Made by a program: the position numbers and the translations under genes
Notes under the pieces: model-generated
What the model was told of the DNA's origin: nothing
Database searches by the model: none
The model's input: only the letters and a program-made list of their open reading frames with translations
DNA from: an uncultured Eubacteriales bacterium
Lineage (GTDB): Bacteria; Bacillota; Clostridia; Oscillospirales; Acutalibacteraceae
NCBI GenBank assembly: GCA_900316385.1
Contig: ONCP01000004.1
Span: forward strand, 96,195-160,194
DNA length: 64,000 nucleotides
Direction of reading: 5' to 3'
Shown here: one piece after another, positions 11,301 through 21,477 of the stretch
How the letters are laid out: each line of letters opens with the position of its first letter
Position numbering within the stretch: position 1 is the first letter of the stretch

Positions 11301-11899
11301 TTGTTCAGTATTTTCTTCAAAAAACTCATACGGTGGATCTCACAGGGACCGTATTTCAAAATCGCCTCGGTGTGAGCCTTTGTTCCGTAGCCCTTATGCC
11401 TTTCAAAGCCGTATTCGGGATATTTTTCCGCGTAATCTCTGCAAAGCCTGTCTCGGCTTACTTTCGCGAGAATCGACGCCGCGGCGATCGACATGGAATT
11501 AGCGTCGCCTTTGACGACATACTGAGTAGGGATTTCAAGCTCGGGCGTTTTATTTCCGTCGATAAGCGCGTAATCCGCCCTGATCGGCAAGCCCTCGACC
11601 GCTCTTTTCATAGCGAGCATAGTGGCGTTGAGAATGTTGAGCTCCTCTATCTCCTCGACTGATGCGAAGGCTATTGAGTAAGCTTCGGCTTCGTTTTTTA
11701 TTACATCAAACAGAGCCTCGCGCTTTTTTTCGGAAAGCTTTTTTGAATCATTTACTCCTTCGATGATCTGATTTTTCCGCAATATTACTGCCGCGGCGCA
11801 GACAGGTCCCGCCAAGGGGCCTCTGCCTGCCTCATCAACTCCGCAGATGTTCACATAGCCTTTTTCTCTTACTTCTCTTTCGTATTTTAACCAGTCCAT
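11297..11899 (-). CDS. rnhB: Ribonuclease HII
   Basis: [29 protein letters not shown]; start moved to the ATG just after the rbgA stop. Confidence 0.96.
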   Translation of the reverse strand: MDWLKYEREVREKGYVNICGVDEAGRGPLAGPVCAAAVILRKNQIIEGVNDSKKLSEKKREALFDVIKNEAEAYSIAFASVEEIEELNILNATMLAMKRAVEGLPIRADYALIDGNKTPELEIPTQYVVKGDANSMSIAAASILAKVSRDRLCRDYAEKYPEYGFERHKGYGTKAHTEAILKYGPCEIHRMSFLKKILNK

Positions 11900-11900
11900 T

Positions 11901-12773
11901 TTAAAGCTCCTCGGGATATTCAAGCGTGATGTTACCGAATTTTCCGTCCCTGTATTCGTCAAAAATCAGATTAGCCGCTCGTTCGGTATTGATTTCTCCG
12001 CCCGATATCAACATACCGCGTTTCTTTCCTATCAGCTTGAGCAGTTCGTAGGAATCATTATCCGACAAATCGCTGTCGTTAAGCTTGAAGCGCGCTTTAA
12101 ACTCCTCGGTCGGATGATTTTTCATTAGATCAAGAAAATTGACGGCAAGCAGCTCGATATCCAGTATATTATCCTTTATCGCTCCTGTGAACGCAAGGTT
12201 TTCCCCTACCTTTTGATCGTCAAACTTCGGCCAGAGAACTCCCGGGGTATCGAGCATTTCCAGATCCTTTGAGATCGTGTACCACTGATTTCCTCTTGTA
12301 ACTCCCGGTCTGTCCTCAACCTTGGCTCGGGTTTGCTTAGAGATCCTGTTGATAAACGAGGATTTGCCGACATTCGGTATGCCGACGATCATAAGTCTTA
12401 ATATGGGGTTTTTGATCCCCTTTGCCCTCTGCGCGTCGAATTTGCTTGTGAGGAGCGATCTTACCGCGGGAACAAAGCGGTTAAGCCCTCTGCCGCTCTT
12501 ACAATCGACAGGAAGCGCGGTAACTCCGTTTTTCGCGTAGTATTCTACCCAAAGCTTTGTGACCTTTTGATCTGCCTTGTCGCATTTATTGAGGAGCACA
12601 AGCTTAGGCTTTGACTGAATCAGCTCATTCAAATCGGGATTTGATGAGCTGACGGGTATCCTCGCGTCAATGATCTCTACCACAACGTCGATCAGCTTGA
12701 GGCTTGCTTGTATCTGACGTCTGGTTTTTGTCATATGACCGGGGAACCACTGAATATTCTGTTTAGCGTCCAT
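11901..12773 (-). CDS. rbgA: Ribosome biogenesis GTPase RbgA/YlqF
   Basis: [20 protein letters not shown] (circularly permuted GTPase). Confidence 0.96.
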   Translation of the reverse strand: MDAKQNIQWFPGHMTKTRRQIQASLKLIDVVVEIIDARIPVSSSNPDLNELIQSKPKLVLLNKCDKADQKVTKLWVEYYAKNGVTALPVDCKSGRGLNRFVPAVRSLLTSKFDAQRAKGIKNPILRLMIVGIPNVGKSSFINRISKQTRAKVEDRPGVTRGNQWYTISKDLEMLDTPGVLWPKFDDQKVGENLAFTGAIKDNILDIELLAVNFLDLMKNHPTEEFKARFKLNDSDLSDNDSYELLKLIGKKRGMLISGGEINTERAANLIFDEYRDGKFGNITLEYPEEL

Positions 12774-12791
12774 ATTTTCACCGCCTTTTAG

Positions 12792-12821
12792 AAAAGCTCA
12801 CATCCTTATTCAGATGTGAGC
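12792..12821 (-). terminator. Intrinsic terminator after lepB
   Basis: gctcacatc-8nt-gatgtgagc stem followed by TTTT on the minus strand. Confidence 0.7.
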
Positions 12822-12827
12822 CTGTTA

Positions 12828-13460
12828 TCAGTATAAAAATTTAATGCTTTTGAACGGAAATACAACAAGCTGTGCCTTTCCGATAATGTCGTCCTTGTCG
12901 ATAAGTCCGATCTCCTTTGAACGGCTGTCGAGCGAAACTCCTCTGTTGTCGCCCATTACAAACACCTTGCCCTCGGGGATGACCTTGGGTATCTCGCCGT
13001 CCTCCTCGTGCGTAAAGCCCTGGATATAATCCTCCTTGAGCTCCTTTCCGTCAACGATAACGGCACCTGTTTCGAAGTCGATCGAAAGAGTTTGTCCCTC
13101 GGTAGCGATAACGCGCTTGATGATCGGGTCGGAATACTCCGCGCCGTGGCTGATAACAACGATATCGCCGTTCTTGGGAGTGTAAAAGAAATTGGATACA
13201 ATGACCTTATCCTGACTCTGGAGCGTGGGAACCATCGAGGTTCCGCTTACGTCAACCAGTCTGACAAAGAAGGTCAGAAGAATAACCACAACAGCTACGG
13301 CAAATACCAGTGTGTGGATCCATTCATAAAGGCTGGTGGTACCTTCGCTCTTCTTCAGGTGGATTGTTCTTGTCTCTATTTTTCGTTTAGTATTGTTCGC
13401 TTTGACCTTGTTATCTTTGTTTTGATCTTTTTGGATAACCTTAGTTCTTTCTCTTTTCAT
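12828..13460 (-). CDS. lepB: Signal peptidase I (copy 1)
   Basis: One TM helix, SGTSMVPTL serine, IIKRVIA lysine, GDNR..SLDSR. Confidence 0.93.
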   Translation of the reverse strand: MKRERTKVIQKDQNKDNKVKANNTKRKIETRTIHLKKSEGTTSLYEWIHTLVFAVAVVVILLTFFVRLVDVSGTSMVPTLQSQDKVIVSNFFYTPKNGDIVVISHGAEYSDPIIKRVIATEGQTLSIDFETGAVIVDGKELKEDYIQGFTHEEDGEIPKVIPEGKVFVMGDNRGVSLDSRSKEIGLIDKDDIIGKAQLVVFPFKSIKFLY

Positions 13461-13486
13461 AGTACACCTTGATAATAGGAGTAAGT

Positions 13487-13512
13487 AAAAAGGGGCTTAT
13501 AAAAGCCCCCTT
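13487..13512 (-). terminator. Intrinsic terminator after rplS
   Basis: ggggctt-ttat-aagcccc followed by TTTTT on the minus strand. Confidence 0.75.
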
Positions 13513-13519
13513 GATTACT

Positions 13520-13861
13520 TTAGATTTGTTCTTTAACCTTGGCAGCCTTACCTACGCGATCTCTGAGATAATAGAGCTTAGCTCTTCTGACTTTACCGCG
13601 ACGAACCACATCGACCTTTCTTACGTTAGGAGAATGTAAAGGGAATACTCTCTCTACACCTACGCCGTAAGCAACACGTCTTACTGTGAAAGTCTCGGCT
13701 ACGCCTGAACCTCTGCGTGCGATAACTGTGCCCTCAAACATCTGGATTCTTTCTCTCTGACCCTCGCGGATGTTTACGGAAACCTTAACTGTGTCACCGA
13801 TTTTGAACACGGGAGTCTCTGCCTTTACGGAATCGGCAGCGATTGTCTTTAATGCGTCCAT
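13520..13861 (-). CDS. rplS: 50S ribosomal protein L19
   Basis: [21 protein letters not shown]; start at MDALK after GGAGG. Confidence 0.97.
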   Translation of the reverse strand: MDALKTIAADSVKAETPVFKIGDTVKVSVNIREGQRERIQMFEGTVIARRGSGVAETFTVRRVAYGVGVERVFPLHSPNVRKVDVVRRGKVRRAKLYYLRDRVGKAAKVKEQI

Positions 13862-13882
13862 ATTGAACCTCCTATAAAATTC

Positions 13883-13917
13883 CAGATATTCATGCGATAA
13901 ACGCAGAGGACTATCCG
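13883..13917 (-). ncRNA. L19 leader (ribosomal protein autoregulatory RNA)
   Basis: GAUAGUCCUCUGC...GCAUGAAUAUC stem just upstream of the rplS RBS resembles the firmicute L19 leader. Confidence 0.6.
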
Positions 13918-13984
13918 CTTCAAATTGCGGCTTTCGCCGTTTATTGAACCCCATTACAAAGTAACGGTATCCAAATGCCTAAAT

Positions 13985-14013
13985 ATAATAACACAAACCG
14001 ACGGCAAATGCAA
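13985..14013 (-). promoter_or_regulatory. Sigma-A promoter for rplS
   Basis: TTGCAT-N17-TATTAT with extended TGn. Confidence 0.7.
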
Positions 14014-14037
14014 GAGTTTTTTTCTTTAAATGTAAAT

Positions 14038-14634
14038 TTATTGATAATCAACGTCCTCAAGGAGCTTGAAATGGTCGAACGGGAACAATACGAGCCTTGC
14101 TCTGCCGATCATGTCGTCAACACTCACAAGACCTACCTCGACAAAACGGCTGTCTGTTGAATGCTCGCGGTTGTCTCCCATCACAAAAACCTTTCCCTTG
14201 GGGATCACCTCGGGTATACTTCCGTTGCCGATAATGGTTCTCCCCTGTGTGTAAGGCTCGTTGAGGATTTTTCCGTCTACCTTGACCTCGTTTTTCTTGA
14301 AATTTATACTTAGCTTCTGTCCTTCCGTCGCGATAACACGCTTTACAAGCGGTTCGAGCAATCGCTGACCGTGACTTATAATTACTATATCGCCTGTTTT
14401 GGGAGCCGAATAGTAATTTGTAACAAGCATTATATCCTTGTCGTAAAGCGTCGGGTTCATTGAACGTCCGTCAACGGAAACGGGACGAATAACAAATATC
14501 ATAGCGATAACGACAACGGCGGTGACATATACAAAGGTTGAAATAAAATCAAACAGACTGCTGACGCTCTTCGAAGCCTTCGTGTGGACGGTTTTACCGT
14601 CGGATGATGTTTTAGGTGTGTAAAAAATCTTCAT
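14038..14634 (-). CDS. lepB: Signal peptidase I (copy 2)
   Basis: TM helix, DGRSMNPTL, LVKRVIA, GDNR..STDSR. Confidence 0.92.
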   Translation of the reverse strand: MKIFYTPKTSSDGKTVHTKASKSVSSLFDFISTFVYVTAVVVIAMIFVIRPVSVDGRSMNPTLYDKDIMLVTNYYSAPKTGDIVIISHGQRLLEPLVKRVIATEGQKLSINFKKNEVKVDGKILNEPYTQGRTIIGNGSIPEVIPKGKVFVMGDNREHSTDSRFVEVGLVSVDDMIGRARLVLFPFDHFKLLEDVDYQ

Positions 14635-14643
14635 TTTAACCTC

Positions 14644-15561
14644 TTAAAGGGATTTGTTTCTAAGCTTATTAAGGTATTTTTCAAAATAATCGGGCAATTC
14701 CGATACAAACTCCATATATTCTCCGCTTACAGGATGGACAAAGCCGATTTTACCGGCGTGAAGGCATTGTCCCTCAAAACCCGTTTTTTCCTTTTTGATA
14801 CCGTAAACGTCATCGCCTGAAACAGGATGACCGATATACGCCATATGAACCCTTATCTGATGGGTCCTGCCTGTTTCGAGAACGCACTTTATATATGTGT
14901 AGCCTTTGAGACGTTCAAGAACCTCATAATGAGTGACGGCGTTTTTGGAGTTTTTTTCGGTGACGGTCATTCTCTTTCTGTCAGTGTGATGTCTTCCGAT
15001 CGGAGCGTCGACCGAGCCTTTATCGTTTTTTAGATTGCCTACGACGATCGCTCTGTACTCGCGCGTAAAGCTGTGTTCCTTTATCTGCTCGGCGAGCCCC
15101 TTGTGAGCGGTATCGTTTTTGGCGACTATCAGCAGTCCGCTGGTGTTTTTGTCGATACGATGGACGATACCGGGGCGAAGAACGCCGTTAATGCCCGATA
15201 GATTTTCTTTACAGTGATAAAGAAGCGCGTTGACGAGCGTTCCGCTGTAATTACCCGCGGCGGGATGAACCACCATACCTTTCGGCTTGTTCACGACAAG
15301 CAGGTCGTTATCTTCATAGACGATATCCAGAGGGATATCCTCAGCCTCGGCTTCATACGGGATCGGATCGGGAATTGTGACCTCGATCCTGTCCCCTGCC
15401 CTGAGCTTATAATTTTTGGCGACGGTCTTACCGTTTACCGTAACGCCGCCTTTTTCGATAAGATCGGCAAGTGACGAACGCGTCTGAGATGTAATTTTCT
15501 CGGAAAGGTATTTATCGATTCGTATTCCGCATTCTTCGGGCGTAAAGGCGTATTTATCCAT
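14644..15561 (-). CDS. rluD: RluA/RluD family pseudouridine synthase
   Basis: S4 domain, HRIDKNTSG, GRTHQIRVH. Confidence 0.92.
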   Translation of the reverse strand: MDKYAFTPEECGIRIDKYLSEKITSQTRSSLADLIEKGGVTVNGKTVAKNYKLRAGDRIEVTIPDPIPYEAEAEDIPLDIVYEDNDLLVVNKPKGMVVHPAAGNYSGTLVNALLYHCKENLSGINGVLRPGIVHRIDKNTSGLLIVAKNDTAHKGLAEQIKEHSFTREYRAIVVGNLKNDKGSVDAPIGRHHTDRKRMTVTEKNSKNAVTHYEVLERLKGYTYIKCVLETGRTHQIRVHMAYIGHPVSGDDVYGIKKEKTGFEGQCLHAGKIGFVHPVSGEYMEFVSELPDYFEKYLNKLRNKSL

Positions 15562-16027
15562 TTTTTCTGTCCTTTTTTTCAAACATATCGCTGAAGAATA
15601 ACAGATAGATAACCATAAGAGCGGCGCCTACGGTCACGCAGTAATCGGCAAAATTGCATACGGGCGGAAAAAAGCTGACGCTCAGATAGTCCACAACATA
15701 GCCGTAAAAAATACGGTCTATGAGATTCCCGATTCCACCGCCGATAATCAGGATCACGGCGGCGTTAAACAGCTTGCTTTCTATACGTTTTTTTATTACT
15801 ACATATATCAGCGCGATGATCACAAGGATCGTGAACAGAATAAACACCCAGCGCGCGTTTGAAAGCATACCGAATGCCGCTCCCCTGTTTTCTACATAAG
15901 TGAGCGAGAATAATCCGGGGATGACCGTCAAGGAACCGACGGGCTTCAGATTGTTCATTACGAGGATCTTTATTAAATAATCCAATGCCGCTACCAAAAG
16001 CGACAGACCGAACACAATATAAATCAT
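15554..16027 (-). CDS. lspA: Lipoprotein signal peptidase II
   Basis: NRGAAFG, GNLIDR, VVDY, NFAD. Confidence 0.95.
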   Translation of the reverse strand: MIYIVFGLSLLVAALDYLIKILVMNNLKPVGSLTVIPGLFSLTYVENRGAAFGMLSNARWVFILFTILVIIALIYVVIKKRIESKLFNAAVILIIGGGIGNLIDRIFYGYVVDYLSVSFFPPVCNFADYCVTVGAALMVIYLLFFSDMFEKKDRKNG

Positions 16028-16042
16028 ATTAACTCCGATAGT

Positions 16043-16071
16043 AAAAATCGGCGTAGATTCTACGCCGATTT
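16043..16071 (-). terminator. Intrinsic terminator after ileS
   Basis: aaatcggcgtag-3nt-ctacgccgattt perfect 12-bp stem with T-run. Confidence 0.75.
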
Positions 16072-16075
16072 AGTT

Positions 16076-18841
16076 TTATTCAAAATACTTGCAGCACTTA
16101 TCGCAAAGCGTGGGATGAGCGGAATTAAGTCCGACGGTTCTGCTGATACTCCAGCATCTTTCGCACTTTTCTCCTTCAGCCTTCTCAACGGAGATATTGA
16201 GCTCGCCGTCGCCCTCTTTGATCTCGACCTCGGAGACGATAAGAGCGGGCTTGATTTCAGCCTCAACTTTTTTAAGGAAGGTGAGGTATTCTCCCGAAGC
16301 CGTGAGAACGACCTTAGCCTCAAGGGAGCCCTTGATAGTCTTGTCCTTGACAAGAACTTCAATCTCCTTTTTAGCCAGATCTCTGAGCTCGTGAATCTTA
16401 TCCCACTCAGCCATAAAGTCGTCGTCTACTGTAAGCTCGACTGTCTCGGGCATTGAATTGAAGATCACATGCTCTGAGTTATCGCTGGACTTGTGAGGCA
16501 TATAACTCCAGATCTCGTCGGACGTATATGCTAAAATCGGCGCCAGCATTCTTGTCATAGCGTCAAGAATGAGATAGATAGCGGTCTGAGCGGATCTTCT
16601 GAGCGCGCTGTCCTTCTTCTCCGTGTAAAGTCTGTCCTTTAATACGTCAAGGTAGAAGTTGGACATATCGACTACACAGAAATTATGGATGCTGTGATAA
16701 ACCTGATGGAACTCGTATCTGTCATAAGCGCTTGTTACCTTTTCGATAAGGTTGTTAAGCGTTTTAACCGCCCATTTGTCAAGGTCGGTAAGCTCGTTTA
16801 CAGGTACCATATCGGTATCGGGATCAAAATCGGAAAGGTTTCCGAGAATATATCGCGCAGTGTTGCGAATCTTGCGGTAAGACTCAGACATCTGCTTGAG
16901 GATCTCTCTGGAGATATTGATATCGGACTGATAGTCGGACGAAGCGACCCAAAGTCTTAATACATCCGCTCCGTACTGCTCGATGACCTCCTGAGGACTG
17001 ATGCCGTTGCCGAGAGATTTACTCATCTTGCGGCGTTCCATATCAAGAATCATACCGTGAGTGAGAACGGTCTTGTAGGGCGCGACGCCGTCTGTCGCGA
17101 CAGCGGTCAGAAGCGAGGACTGGAACCAGCCTCTGTACTGATCGTTGCCCTCAAGATACATATCGGCAGGGAACTTGAGATAAGGACGGCGCTTTACAAC
17201 AGAAGTATGAGAGGAACCCGAATCGAACCAAACGTCCATGATATCCTTTTCCTTCTCAAACTCGGAGCAGCCGCACTTGGGACATTTTGTGCCCTCGGGG
17301 ATTATCTCGTTCGCTTCCTTCTCAAACCAAGCGTTTGAGCCTTCTTTCTCAAAGAGATCGGCAACAGCGAGCATAGCCTCCTTGTTGACATAAGGCTCGC
17401 CGCAGTCCGCACAGTAGAAAATCGGGATCGGAACGCCCCATTTGCGCTGACGTGAAATACACCAGTCTTTTCTGTCGCGTACCATTGATGTGATACGATC
17501 CTTGCCCCACGCGGGAACCCACTCAACTGTGTTGATAGCGTCGATCGCTTTGTCCTTGAAATCATCTACTGAGCAGAACCACTGATCGGTAGCTCTGAAG
17601 AGGATCGGGGATTTACATCTCCAGCAGTGAGGATACTGGTGAATGATCTTTTTAAGCGCGAAGAGAGCGCCGCTTTCATCAAGATTAACAGCTATTTTTT
17701 TGTTGGCCTCTTCGGTCGTCAAGCCCGCAAAGACACCTGCCTCCTCTGTCATTACGCCATCGGCGTTAACAGGACAGATAACAGGGATCTCGGGATAATT
17801 CTGGCAGACATTATAGTCGTCTACGCCGTGACCGGGCGCAGTGTGTACGCAGCCGGTACCGCTTTCCAGAGTAACGTGCTCGCCGACGATGACGAGAGAT
17901 TCTCTGTCAATAAACGGATGAGCCGTTTTCATATATTCGAGCTCACTGCCCTTGATCGTGGCTACTACCTCATAATCGGTGATTTCGGCAACATCCAAAG
18001 CGGATTTGAACAGATCGGTAGCCATTACAAGGTATTCCTCGCCTACTTTGATGATCGAATATTCATATCTGGGACCTACGCAGATCGCGACATTCGCGGG
18101 CAAGGTCCAGGTCGTTGTTGTCCAGATCACAAAGCTTACCTTGGAAGGATCGATGCCCATAGCCTCGAACTTTCCGAGATCGTCGGTGACCTTGAATTTT
18201 ACATAGATAGAATGACAGGGATCCTCGGCGTACTCTATCTCAGCCTCGGCGAGCGCGGTTTTACACTCGGGACACCAATAAACAGGCTTTAAGCCCTTGT
18301 AGATGTAACCCTTAGAAGCCATCTCGGCGAAAACCTTGATCTGCTCAGCCTCGAACTCGTGCTTTAAGGTTACATAGGGATTATCCCATTCGCCGATAAC
18401 GCCGAGACGCTTAAACTGGTCGCGCTGGTCGTTGATATAACCCGTGACGAATTCTTCGCACATTTTGCGGAGCTCAAGCACAGAGATATCCGCTGAGCTG
18501 CCGATACCCGCTTTCGCTCTCGCCTTGAGCTCGGTGGGAAGTCCGTGAGTATCCCAGCCGGGGACAAAGGGAGACTTGAAGCCCGCCATATTCTTCTGGC
18601 GAACGATAAAGTCCTTCAAAATCTTATTCAGAGCGTGACCGAGGTGGATGTCGCCGTTCGCGTACGGAGGACCGTCGTGCAGAACGTAGAGCGGCTTGCC
18701 CTCGTTGAGCTCCATAAGCTTATTATATACGTCATCTTCTTCCCATTTTTTCAGAGTAACAGGCTCACTCTTGGGTAAGCCTGCTCGCATCGGAAAATCG
18801 GTTTTGGGAAGATTTAATGTGGAATTATAATCCTGTGACAT
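16076..18841 (-). CDS. ileS: Isoleucyl-tRNA synthetase (type 1)
   Basis: HLGH, WTTTTWT, WCISRQR, KMSKS, C-terminal CERCW...CDKC zinc finger. Confidence 0.97.
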   Translation of the reverse strand: MSQDYNSTLNLPKTDFPMRAGLPKSEPVTLKKWEEDDVYNKLMELNEGKPLYVLHDGPPYANGDIHLGHALNKILKDFIVRQKNMAGFKSPFVPGWDTHGLPTELKARAKAGIGSSADISVLELRKMCEEFVTGYINDQRDQFKRLGVIGEWDNPYVTLKHEFEAEQIKVFAEMASKGYIYKGLKPVYWCPECKTALAEAEIEYAEDPCHSIYVKFKVTDDLGKFEAMGIDPSKVSFVIWTTTTWTLPANVAICVGPRYEYSIIKVGEEYLVMATDLFKSALDVAEITDYEVVATIKGSELEYMKTAHPFIDRESLVIVGEHVTLESGTGCVHTAPGHGVDDYNVCQNYPEIPVICPVNADGVMTEEAGVFAGLTTEEANKKIAVNLDESGALFALKKIIHQYPHCWRCKSPILFRATDQWFCSVDDFKDKAIDAINTVEWVPAWGKDRITSMVRDRKDWCISRQRKWGVPIPIFYCADCGEPYVNKEAMLAVADLFEKEGSNAWFEKEANEIIPEGTKCPKCGCSEFEKEKDIMDVWFDSGSSHTSVVKRRPYLKFPADMYLEGNDQYRGWFQSSLLTAVATDGVAPYKTVLTHGMILDMERRKMSKSLGNGISPQEVIEQYGADVLRLWVASSDYQSDINISREILKQMSESYRKIRNTARYILGNLSDFDPDTDMVPVNELTDLDKWAVKTLNNLIEKVTSAYDRYEFHQVYHSIHNFCVVDMSNFYLDVLKDRLYTEKKDSALRRSAQTAIYLILDAMTRMLAPILAYTSDEIWSYMPHKSSDNSEHVIFNSMPETVELTVDDDFMAEWDKIHELRDLAKKEIEVLVKDKTIKGSLEAKVVLTASGEYLTFLKKVEAEIKPALIVSEVEIKEGDGELNISVEKAEGEKCERCWSISRTVGLNSAHPTLCDKCCKYFE

Positions 18842-18877
18842 TATATCTACTCTCCATTAATTACCTAATTTTATTGA

Positions 18878-19549
18878 TCAGTCAGCGTCTACATCGTAGT
18901 TATCGCCGAATTTTAAGTTGGAAAATCTGTTCTCCTCGGGAGCGTAATCGGGAACGGAATGTACAACAGGCTCAAAGGAGTCGTCATATACGGGAGCTTC
19001 CTCTGCCTTAGGAGCTTCTTCAACGATTTCCTCCTCAACCGCAGGCTCTTCTACGGGAGTTGTGGGATACTGACGGTCAAGCTCCTCCTGCTTGCGGATA
19101 AGAACAGCGTCTGTGGGAAGATCGTTGATGGTCTTTAAATGCTTGTTATAAAGAGCCTCGAGCTCTGCTCTGAGCTGAATGGAATCGTTCTTGAGCTTTA
19201 AGTAAGCTTCCTTCTGCTTTGCGGTTACGGCGTTGGATTCCTTAACCATATTGTTAGCCTTTGCCTCAGCGTCGGAAATAATAGCGGCAGCCTTGGCGTT
19301 AGCCTCCTTGATGCACTGGTCGGCAACTCTCTGAGAAGATAAAAGCGCGTTGCGAACAGTCTCCTCATCGGCGCGATACTGTTCAACTCTTGTCGCGAGA
19401 ATATCCATCTTGCGGATGAGATCGGACTTTTCTTTTCTCATCTGCTCAAAGGTAAGAATGACCTCGTCAATAAAAGCGTCAACGTCCTCGCCTCTGTAAC
19501 CTCTGCCTTTTCTAAAGGAAATATCCTTGATTTCATCGATAGTTAACAT
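18878..19549 (-). CDS. divIVA: DivIVA domain protein
   Basis: GY..EDVDAFID N-terminus followed by a coiled coil. Confidence 0.9.
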   Translation of the reverse strand: MLTIDEIKDISFRKGRGYRGEDVDAFIDEVILTFEQMRKEKSDLIRKMDILATRVEQYRADEETVRNALLSSQRVADQCIKEANAKAAAIISDAEAKANNMVKESNAVTAKQKEAYLKLKNDSIQLRAELEALYNKHLKTINDLPTDAVLIRKQEELDRQYPTTPVEEPAVEEEIVEEAPKAEEAPVYDDSFEPVVHSVPDYAPEENRFSNLKFGDNYDVDAD

Positions 19550-19561
19550 TATTTACAACTC

Positions 19562-20311
19562 CTATCTGTAATGTACAATATTAATTTTTACCCGTCCCTT
19601 TTTTGTGGTACCGGATTGTTCCTTAATTATAAACTTGCCCTTGCCCCTGATCGTGAGAATATCGTTCTCGCCGAGCGTATGGCTGACATTCTTATTCTCG
19701 AGATAGTTCACAAAAACCTTGCCCGAGAGAATCAGCTCCGAGGTCTTTCCTCTTGAAAGACCTGTCAGCGCCGCGACGATCACATCAAGGCGCATTGAGC
19801 TGAGTATAACGCATTTTTCCTCGGTTTCGGGCTTGTACGAAATATCGCACTCGCTCTCGGGTATAAGCTTTACCCCTACCCTTCCGACCTTTGTAAGCTG
19901 AGACTTAACATAGGGAGCGATCTCGCTTTTTACGAAAACGGCGGCAAAGCCCTCGCCGATCAGAATATCTCCGACACAGTCGCGCTCGATACCGAGCCCC
20001 ATCAGCGAGCTGAGAAAATCACGGTGCGAAAGCCTGTCCGTTTTGCGAAACTTAAAGCATAGCTTTTCCAAAGGAAATTCGTCGCGGTCGATTTCGCGCT
20101 CGCAAGCGCCCATAATGACCCTCGACGCGTTTTCGTAGCCGCCGAAAAACTCAAGTCCCGAAAACCAACCGAGATGCTTCTCAAGCAAAAATCTTTCTCT
20201 TTCATTGAGAAAGCCCATAAAACACGGAGAATGCCTGAGCTCGCAGAGCCTTACGGTATCGTCGGCTCTGGAAAAAAGCTGTTTATCCTCTTTATCAGAA
20301 GTAAACGCCAC
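19562..20311 (-). CDS. ylmH: YlmH/Sll1252 S4-domain protein
   Basis: HRDFLSSLMGLGI, SMRLD..IRGKG S4 domain; dcw-type synteny. Confidence 0.9.
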   Translation of the reverse strand: MAFTSDKEDKQLFSRADDTVRLCELRHSPCFMGFLNERERFLLEKHLGWFSGLEFFGGYENASRVIMGACEREIDRDEFPLEKLCFKFRKTDRLSHRDFLSSLMGLGIERDCVGDILIGEGFAAVFVKSEIAPYVKSQLTKVGRVGVKLIPESECDISYKPETEEKCVILSSMRLDVIVAALTGLSRGKTSELILSGKVFVNYLENKNVSHTLGENDILTIRGKGKFIIKEQSGTTKKGRVKINIVHYR

Positions 20312-20747
20312 TGTTCTCTAATTCATCGAGAAGATCGTCGCCCGTAAGGTCAACATTGTTGGGAATAATAATAAAGGTGCTGGAAGCAACTCTTTTGATC
20401 TTTCCTCTGTTAGCGTAAGCAACGCCGCTGAGGAAATCGATGATCCTGCGCGAGATGTCCTTCTTTGTTTCCTCTAAGTTGAGCACGACGGTATGAGTCT
20501 TGATAAGCTCGTCCGCGATAGCGCGGGTCTCCTCGCCGAATGCCTCAGGTCTGAATATAGCGACCTTGAGCTTTGCGGTAGCGCTGATATTAACGACCTT
20601 GTTGCGGCGGGACGACGGAGTGTAGGCAGAAACCTCCTCAAACTCCTCTTCCTCGTTTTCCGCGTAGCCGTACTCATCATAGCCGTTATCGTACTCCTCG
20701 TCGGGCGCGTCCCACATACGCTTGAACTTGTCAACAAAATTAGCCAT
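20295..20747 (-). CDS. sepF: Cell division protein SepF
   Basis: RRIIDFLSGVAYA motif; synteny with yggS. Confidence 0.93.
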   Translation of the reverse strand: MANFVDKFKRMWDAPDEEYDNGYDEYGYAENEEEEFEEVSAYTPSSRRNKVVNISATAKLKVAIFRPEAFGEETRAIADELIKTHTVVLNLEETKKDISRRIIDFLSGVAYANRGKIKRVASSTFIIIPNNVDLTGDDLLDELENSGVYF

Positions 20748-20763
20748 ATCATTATCCTCCAAA

Positions 20764-21477
20764 TTAATTATAATTACGAGCGCCGAACAGAGACGAACCT
20801 ATGCGTACCATATTAGCGCCTGATAGTATTGCTTCGTAATAATCGGCAGACATTCCCATTGAAAGAATATCCATAGAAATATTATCTATGTTTTTGCCCG
20901 AAATGTCAATAAATAAGTTGTTCATTTTACTGAAAAATTTAGAAATTTTTTGTGAACTATCACAAATTGGCGGAATTGCCATCAATCCCTTGACCGAAAT
21001 GTTCTCAAAATCCTTGATTTCGTCAAGTAATTCCACAAGCATTTCGGGCATTACGCCGCTTTTGTTTTCCTCCGCGCCGATATTTACCTCGACCAGAATA
21101 TCGGTGTTCACGTTGTTCTTGACCGATTGCTTTGAGATCTCTTTGGCGAGCTTTACGGAATCGACGGACTGGATCAGGTCGACCTTGCCGACTATCTGCC
21201 TGACCTTGTTTGTCTGAAGATGTCCGATAAACTGAAGCGAGGCGTCGTTGAGATTATAGCCGTCATATTTTGACAAAAGCTCCTGAACCTTGTTTTCGCC
21301 GATATATTTAAGACCTAAAGATATAGCAAAGTTTATAGTTTCGACGTCTACGGTCTTAGTCGCCGCGAGAAAAGTGATATCCTCTCGCCTTTTCCCAGCC
21401 TTCTGCGCCGCTTCGCTGATTCTTTCCTCAATAAACTGATAGTTATATCTTATGCTATCTGATAATTTTTCCGTCAT
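20764..21477 (-). CDS. yggS: YggS/PLPBP pyridoxal phosphate homeostasis protein
   Basis: AATKT, GENKVQE, FIGHLQTNK, LSMGMS, VRIGS. Confidence 0.95.
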   Translation of the reverse strand: MTEKLSDSIRYNYQFIEERISEAAQKAGKRREDITFLAATKTVDVETINFAISLGLKYIGENKVQELLSKYDGYNLNDASLQFIGHLQTNKVRQIVGKVDLIQSVDSVKLAKEISKQSVKNNVNTDILVEVNIGAEENKSGVMPEMLVELLDEIKDFENISVKGLMAIPPICDSSQKISKFFSKMNNLFIDISGKNIDNISMDILSMGMSADYYEAILSGANMVRIGSSLFGARNYN

